NCBI GenBank assembly: GCA_963737385.1
Contig: CAVTSZ010000025.1
Span: 109,848-173,847, forward strand
DNA from: an uncultured Actinomycetota bacterium
GTDB lineage: Bacteria > Actinomycetota > Actinomycetes > Mycobacteriales > Mycobacteriaceae
DNA length: 64,000 nt
Reading direction: 5' to 3'
Below, piece after piece: positions 55,397-64,000 of the stretch; within the stretch, counting starts at the first letter, position 1; each line of letters starts with the position of its first letter. A model generated the notes under the pieces. The model made no database searches, was not told the origin of the DNA, and was given only the letters and a program-made list of their open reading frames with translations. Made by a program: the position numbers and the translations under genes.

Positions 55397-56230
55397 ATGG
55401 GCATCGCGACCACCGAACTGACACCGATGGAACAGACCGCGTTTCTCACCGAATACGCCCGCGCGCTCGACAGCCAGTGGCCACGGCCGATCCTCGGTGA
55501 CCGCCTCGCCTATGACGTCGTCGGCAAGATCGACTACGACTTCGCCGGGTTGGGTGTGCAGTCGAGCGTGGCGTGCCAGACCGCGTTACGCGCCAAGATG
55601 CTCGACGACCGGGTGCGAGCGTTCGTGGCCGAGCATCCCGACGCGGTGGTCGTCGATCTCGGCGCCGGACTCGACAGTGGCTTTTATCGCGTCGACCCGC
55701 CGCCGTCTGTCGACTGGTACAGCGTCGACCTGCCCGGCATCACGGGGCTTCGCGACCAGGTGCTGCCCGCGAACGCGCACTCGCACTCCGTACCGATATC
55801 GCTGGCCGACGAAGCCTGGCCCGACGCCATTCCGGCCGAGCGCCCGACCATGCTGATCGCCGACGGGCTCTTCGCATTCCTGTCAGAAGCGATGATTGCC
55901 GGGATCTTCCGCCGCATCACCGACCACTTCGCCTCCGGAGAACTGGCGTTCAACGACTACGGCCGCATCGGCGCGCTCAGCCGGCTTGCGGTCAAGCTCT
56001 ACCCGCAGAAGATGTTCAAGGACGTCGGAAGCCAGTGGGGCTACGCGGGGTTCAAGGACGCACACTATCCCGAGACGTGGAACCCGCGGATGAAACTGGT
56101 CGAGGAGGCCAGCCTGGCGCACCAGCCGGAGGTTGACCTGTTCCCGTCGTGGATCGGGGTCGCCACCAAACTGATGGGCAAGACGGAATCCGGTGCGCGC
56201 AAGGCGCGAATCCTCCGCTACACGTTCTAA
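55397..56230 (+). CDS. Class I SAM-dependent methyltransferase (LCM/O-methyltransferase-like)
   Basis: YARALDS, VVDLGAGLDS, WYSVDLP, IADGL. Confidence 0.9.
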   Translation: MGIATTELTPMEQTAFLTEYARALDSQWPRPILGDRLAYDVVGKIDYDFAGLGVQSSVACQTALRAKMLDDRVRAFVAEHPDAVVVDLGAGLDSGFYRVDPPPSVDWYSVDLPGITGLRDQVLPANAHSHSVPISLADEAWPDAIPAERPTMLIADGLFAFLSEAMIAGIFRRITDHFASGELAFNDYGRIGALSRLAVKLYPQKMFKDVGSQWGYAGFKDAHYPETWNPRMKLVEEASLAHQPEVDLFPSWIGVATKLMGKTESGARKARILRYTF

Positions 56231-56234
56231 CCGG

Positions 56235-57043
56235 CTACCGAGTCCGCGGTGTCTCGAAGAGGCCGTTGAGCTCGTCGAAGCTCGCAGTGTCAGCCAGCCC
56301 CGCGAAGGAACCGTGCTCTGCGATGCGGCGGGCGGCCGAGAGGAACGCTCCCCACGCGACCCGTGACAGCGCAGAGCCAACACTGATCCGCCGCACACCG
56401 AGTTCCGCGAGGTCGTTCACCGTCAGGCCCGTGTCGGACGACATCAAGACGTTGACGGGCGACGGCCGAAGCGCGTCGACGATCGCGGCGATGTCCTCCC
56501 GCGTCCGCACACCTGGTGCGTACAACACGTCGGCGCCCGCCTCGGCAAATGCCTGCAACCGCGTGATTGCCTCCCGCAGAGGATCGGGGTGGCCGTACAG
56601 GAAGCATTCGGCGCGTGCCGTCAGGAGCACGTCGGCACCGTCGATGGCGGACACCGCGACGCGAATCCGTTCCACCGCCTCGGGCAACGAATACAGAGGA
56701 TCCTCGGCGCCACCTCTGGCATCCTCGATGGACAAGCCGGCGACCCCGGTTGCCACGCAACGCCTGACGTTCGCTGCCAGCCCGTCCAGGTCATCTGCGT
56801 AGCCCGCCTGAAAGTCGGCATTGACCGGCAGTTCGACGGCGTCGACGATCTCGGCGATGTTGCGAAGTGCCGCGTCGACACCCAGCGCGGTCGGCGTGTC
56901 GGGCAACCCCCGCGCAAAGCTGACGCCCGCGCTGGTCGTGGCCAGCGCCGGAAAGCCCATGGCCGCCAACGCGATCGCCGTCCCCCGGTCCCACGGGTTC
57001 GGAATGACGAAGCATCCCTTTTCGTGTAGTCGGCGAAATGACA

Positions 57044-57044
<1 letters not shown>
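56235..57044 (-). CDS. Isocitrate lyase/PEP mutase family protein
   Basis: PNPWD, ATTSAG, VNADF, GLSIED, AGADVLY, RISVG. Confidence 0.9.
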
Positions 57045-60631
<3,587 letters not shown>

Positions 60632-60704
60632 AGGGTCGCCAGTCTATGACCGCGGCCCGACAGATCTCGGCGTGTCGGGGCTGCGTGTCTTTGCCGGGTG
60701 TCCC

Positions 60705-60875
60705 CTATGCCGGGAACCGGACGGCTGGGCTCCGGCGGCAGTCGCAGACCGTTGACGAGATAGCTCACCGTGCGATACGTGCCCGCCAGCATGAGCAATT
60801 CCAGGATCGCCTCGTCACCGTGGTGTGCGGTCAAATCCGCCCAGAGGTCGTCGTCGACCGTGCAGTGCTGCTGCT
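60705..60875 (-). pseudogene. Carboxymuconolactone decarboxylase-family C-terminal remnant
   Basis: TVDDDLWADLTAHHGDEAILELLMLAGTYRTVSYLVNGLRLPPE. Confidence 0.7.
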
Positions 60876-61109
60876 GTGGAAACTGCGCGGCGAGCCGTTG
60901 ACGTTCCGGGCACTTCAGGCGGCGTGCGACACCAATCCGGGCTCGCTGAACACCCGGCGCAAGGAGCTTCGCGAGGTGGAATCGTCGACCACGACGCGGG
61001 CGGATACCGGCTAACCCAGGTCGGGCGGGCGCTTATCGCGGCTCTGCAACCACTGCAGACGTGGGCTGAGAAGTGGGCGACTCATCAGAACGCAATCGAC
61101 CGAGCCTGA
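60868..61109 (+). pseudogene. HxlR-family winged-helix regulator remnant (5' lost, frameshifted)
   Basis: LLWKLRGEPLTFRALQAACDTNPGSLNTRRKELRE / GIVDHDAGGYRLTQVGRALIAALQPLQTWAEKWA. Confidence 0.75.
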
Positions 61110-61215
61110 GCATGCGTTTCACCTCGGCCATCGGCGGAAGCTGCCAACCGAGTTGGGCAGCCACACCCGCCGCCACGAGTGCCGCAACCATCGCCGCGAA
61201 CCAGACGCCATCCAT
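61033..61215 (-). CDS. Possible small membrane protein
   Basis: MDGVWFAAMVAALVAAGVAAQLGW; TAGCGT -10-like 6 nt upstream of the ATG. Confidence 0.4.
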   Translation of the reverse strand: MDGVWFAAMVAALVAAGVAAQLGWQLPPMAEVKRMLRLGRLRSDESPTSQPTSAVVAEPR

Positions 61216-61523
61216 ACCTCCACGCTAGGACGCAGGAGGGCCCAGAGGAATCGGGTGTTTCCCTACTACCGGGCGGGGTCGGAGCACGCGATCAACGCGT
61301 CGAAATGCCACGACGGGGCGTATCCGTCCGCGCCGACCGCGGCAGCCAACCGCGGGGCGACGATCAGTGAACGGTCGAATCTCGTTGTCCAGCAATCCAC
61401 AGACGAAAAAGGCGACCAAGTTGCTTGGCAATTGCTCTCGGGCGCCCCGCCCGCGCCTCCTTATGCTCCATCGGGCCGGACAATGCCCCCACGAGCAATC
61501 GTCATGGCATTGCTGGATCACGC

Positions 61524-62768
61524 TCAAGGGGACAGATTGCGAATCCTCCGCAAAAGGTAGTCGGCCAGTCCGGGATCCTTCGTCAGTTCGACGGCGCGGC
61601 GGTACGCCTCCACTGCCTCCACAGGCCGCCCCGCCTCGGCCAACAAATGGGCCCGCGCCGACCACGCCGGCTGAAATCGGCCGACTGCCGGGTCGGTAAT
61701 CGCGTCCAGCGCGCGCAAACCCGCGTTCGGTCCGTCGATCTCGCCGTCGACCGCTGCCGCGGCGACCGCCGCGCCCAGCGACGGCGCCACCCGCAGCACC
61801 GCCCGGTACAGCTTCCGCAGCGTCTCGCCGTCGACCCGACCCGTGCGGGCACGCGAGCAGTGAGCCGACTGGATCGCCGCCTCGTACTGGAATCTGTCCG
61901 GCCGGCCGAGGCCATGGGCGCGGCGCAGGAGCGCCTCACCGCGGGCGATCAGCGTGGCGTCCCAGCGCGCGGTGTCCTGCTCGTCGAGTGGGACGAATCG
62001 GCCGTCCTCGGTGCGCCGCGCCTCCCGCCGCGACTCGGACAGACACACGAGCGCGGCCAGACCCAGGGCTTCGGGCTCCGCGGGCAGCAGGTCAGCCAGC
62101 ACCAACGCCAGGTGCAGCGCCTCGGCGGACAGGGTGTCGATCGGCGGGCCCTGGGGGCTGAGCTGCCAATCGATCGCGTAGGCGCCGTAAACGGCCTCCA
62201 ACACCGCGGGCAACCGCGCGGCGAGGTCGTCTCGTTCGGGCAGCACGAACGGGATCCCGGCGTCGCGGATGCGCTTCTTGGCCCGCACCAGTCGCTGGGC
62301 CATGGTGGCCGGTTCGACGGCGAAGGCCTCCGCGATGGCGGCGGCCTCGACGCCCAGCACCGTCTGCAGCATCAGTGGGGTGCGGATGTTCTCCGCGATG
62401 GCGGGATGGGCGCACACCAGCATCAGCTCCAGCCGCCGGTCCGGTATCGCAGGCATGTTGTCTTCCAAAGTGATTGGAGCATCACTGATTTCGTCTATGA
62501 CCGTCGTCGTCCGGTAGGCCGCGGACTTCCACATGTCGCGTAGCCGGTTGCGCGCGACGGTGAGGACCCAGCCGTCGGGGTTGTCCGGGATGCCGTCGTC
62601 GGGCCAGCGGGCCAGCGCGCGTTCGAGCGCGTCGGCCAGCGCGTCCTCGGCGGCGGCGATGTCGCGTGTGGGTGCCGCCAGCACCGCGAGTAGCCGACCG
62701 TAGGAATCGCGGACGAGGTCGGCTACCCGCTGCTGGACGACCCCGGGCTCGTTCAGGGGGTGTGCCAC
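61524..62768 (-). CDS. ECF42-type RNA polymerase sigma factor with C-terminal TPR-like extension
   Basis: SYGRLLAVL, AEDAL, IPDRRLELMLVCAHPAI, MAQRLVRAK, PLDEQD; downstream of a DGPF gene. Confidence 0.88.
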   Translation of the reverse strand: MAHPLNEPGVVQQRVADLVRDSYGRLLAVLAAPTRDIAAAEDALADALERALARWPDDGIPDNPDGWVLTVARNRLRDMWKSAAYRTTTVIDEISDAPITLEDNMPAIPDRRLELMLVCAHPAIAENIRTPLMLQTVLGVEAAAIAEAFAVEPATMAQRLVRAKKRIRDAGIPFVLPERDDLAARLPAVLEAVYGAYAIDWQLSPQGPPIDTLSAEALHLALVLADLLPAEPEALGLAALVCLSESRREARRTEDGRFVPLDEQDTARWDATLIARGEALLRRAHGLGRPDRFQYEAAIQSAHCSRARTGRVDGETLRKLYRAVLRVAPSLGAAVAAAAVDGEIDGPNAGLRALDAITDPAVGRFQPAWSARAHLLAEAGRPVEAVEAYRRAVELTKDPGLADYLLRRIRNLSP

Positions 62769-63130
62769 CCGCGGTCGGCGGCGTATGTCCGCGCCACCGG
62801 GCGGATTTCGACGGAACCCCAGCCGTTGGCGGGATTGCGATGCGCCCACGTCAGGGCCTCGTCGAGGTTGTCGACCTCGATGACGAAAATGCCGCCCAGC
62901 TTCTCCTTGGTGTCGGCGAACGGTCCGTCCTGCACCTCGGGGGTGCCGTTACGGGCGGTCACCGTGGTGCTGGCGAGGACCGGTTCGAGCACCTCGGTGT
63001 CGATCAGCACGCCGGCGGCGGTCAGATCGTCCGCGTACGCCTTGAAGGCTTCCATGGCGGGAGCCATGTCCTCCTCCGTCAACCCGACCTCACTGGCCTC
63101 CTGGTAGTGCATCAACAGGCAGTACCGCAT
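62753..63130 (-). CDS. YciI/DGPF family protein
   Basis: VQDGPFADTKEKLGG, VEIRP; GAAAGGA RBS. Confidence 0.93.
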   Translation of the reverse strand: MRYCLLMHYQEASEVGLTEEDMAPAMEAFKAYADDLTAAGVLIDTEVLEPVLASTTVTARNGTPEVQDGPFADTKEKLGGIFVIEVDNLDEALTWAHRNPANGWGSVEIRPVARTYAADRGWHTP

Positions 63131-63158
63131 GACTGAATCCTTTCTGACGATGATGGTG

Positions 63159-64000
63159 TCACCGGGATGACGATTGAAGCGGGGCCCGATCGACACGGGC
63201 CCGCCACAGCGCATCCACGCTGAACACCACCAGGGCCAGCCAGATCAGCGCGAAGCCGACCCAGCGCACCAGCGGCATCGGCTCATGGCCGACGACGACA
63301 CCCCAGGTGAGCTGCATCGCAGGCGTGAGATAGAACAACAGGCCCATCGTCACCAGTGGCAACCGCTGCGCCGCCGCGGCGAACAGCAGCAGCGGAAGCG
63401 CCGTGACCACACCAGACAAAATCATCAGAACGACGTGACCGGCACCGTGGTCGGCCAACGTTCCGTCGCCGGTCGCCTCCAGCACGACGATGAAGGCGAG
63501 CGCAAACGGTGCCGCTATTCCGGCCTCGACGCCGACGCTGACCCGAGGGTCGGTCGGCACCACCTTCTTCACCGCGCCGTACAGGCCGAACGACAGCGCC
63601 AGTCCGATGCCGATGATGGGTGGGGAGCCGACCTCGACAGTGAGCACTACCACGGCGCCCACCGCGATGGCCAGGGCGGCGAACTGGGCACGGTTGAGCC
63701 GCTCACGGAACAGCAACAACCCCAGCGCCACCGTCACCAGCGGGTTGATGAAGTAGCCGAGCGCGGCGTCGACGACGTGGCCGTTGTTGACGGCGTAGAT
63801 GTAGATGACCCAGTTGACCGAGATCAGGGCCGATGCGAACGTCAGCAACAACCATGTGCGCGTCGTGATCGCGCGGATATCGCCGAGCCGGCGCACCCCC
63901 GCGATGACCACGATCATCAGTACGAAGCACCACACGATCCGGTGCGCAAGGATCTCGAATGCTCCTGCCGGCTTGAGCAGAGGGAAGAATGCCGGGAATA
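63159..64000 (-). CDS. rarD: EamA-family transporter RarD, 5' end outside window
   Basis: EILAHRIVW, NWVIYIYAV, ALGYFINPL, SFGLYG, YLTP. Confidence 0.93.
   Translation of the reverse strand, partial: FPAFFPLLKPAGAFEILAHRIVWCFVLMIVVIAGVRRLGDIRAITTRTWLLLTFASALISVNWVIYIYAVNNGHVVDAALGYFINPLVTVALGLLLFRERLNRAQFAALAIAVGAVVVLTVEVGSPPIIGIGLALSFGLYGAVKKVVPTDPRVSVGVEAGIAAPFALAFIVVLEATGDGTLADHGAGHVVLMILSGVVTALPLLLFAAAAQRLPLVTMGLLFYLTPAMQLTWGVVVGHEPMPLVRWVGFALIWLALVVFSVDALWRARVDRAPLQSSSR
63169..63195 (-). promoter_or_regulatory. ECF42-type promoter (TGTCGA-N17-CGTC) for the DGPF-sigma operon
   Basis: Minus strand TGTCGA tcgggccccgcttcaat CGTC, ~40 nt upstream of the DGPF ATG. Confidence 0.72.

Noticed and set aside
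61216-61523. Possible gene remnant on minus strand (...LIVAPRLAAAVGADGYAPSWHFDALIACSDPAR*)
   Set aside because: No start or recognisable family; cannot be supported without a search

Overview
High-GC actinobacterial chromosome, almost certainly a rapidly growing mycobacterium (Mycolicibacterium-like). Gene order from ~9 to 60.6 kb mirrors the M. tuberculosis dnaE1-ilvA-treZYX-bio-nad-his-trp-lgt block in reverse, with recognisable NrtR, BioQ and ECF42 regulatory sites. The first ~9 kb is an accessory patchwork: a Baeyer-Villiger monooxygenase, an unlisted small 4-Cys secreted protein, two intact class III nucleotide cyclases plus two cyclase tails, three DUF222/HNH (13E12-type) remnants each converging on a cyclase, an 11-mer-repeat helical protein, an internally deleted IS3 with both ends, and an NDMA-type alcohol dehydrogenase. 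Other oddities are a ~530-aa acidic repeat tail on Lgt, a short GCTTGCGCGAAG-type repeat sitting in-frame in the N-termini of trpE, hisC and dnaE1, a PE-less PGRS gene with an AT-rich leader, and several deletion scars. About a dozen single-base frameshifts in otherwise intact genes are most likely assembly errors. No CRISPR, rRNA or tRNA was seen. No complete novel system can be proven from the sequence alone; the best candidates are the recurring cyclase/HNH module and the in-frame repeat insertions. All family assignments come from motif recognition and recalled synteny, not database searches.
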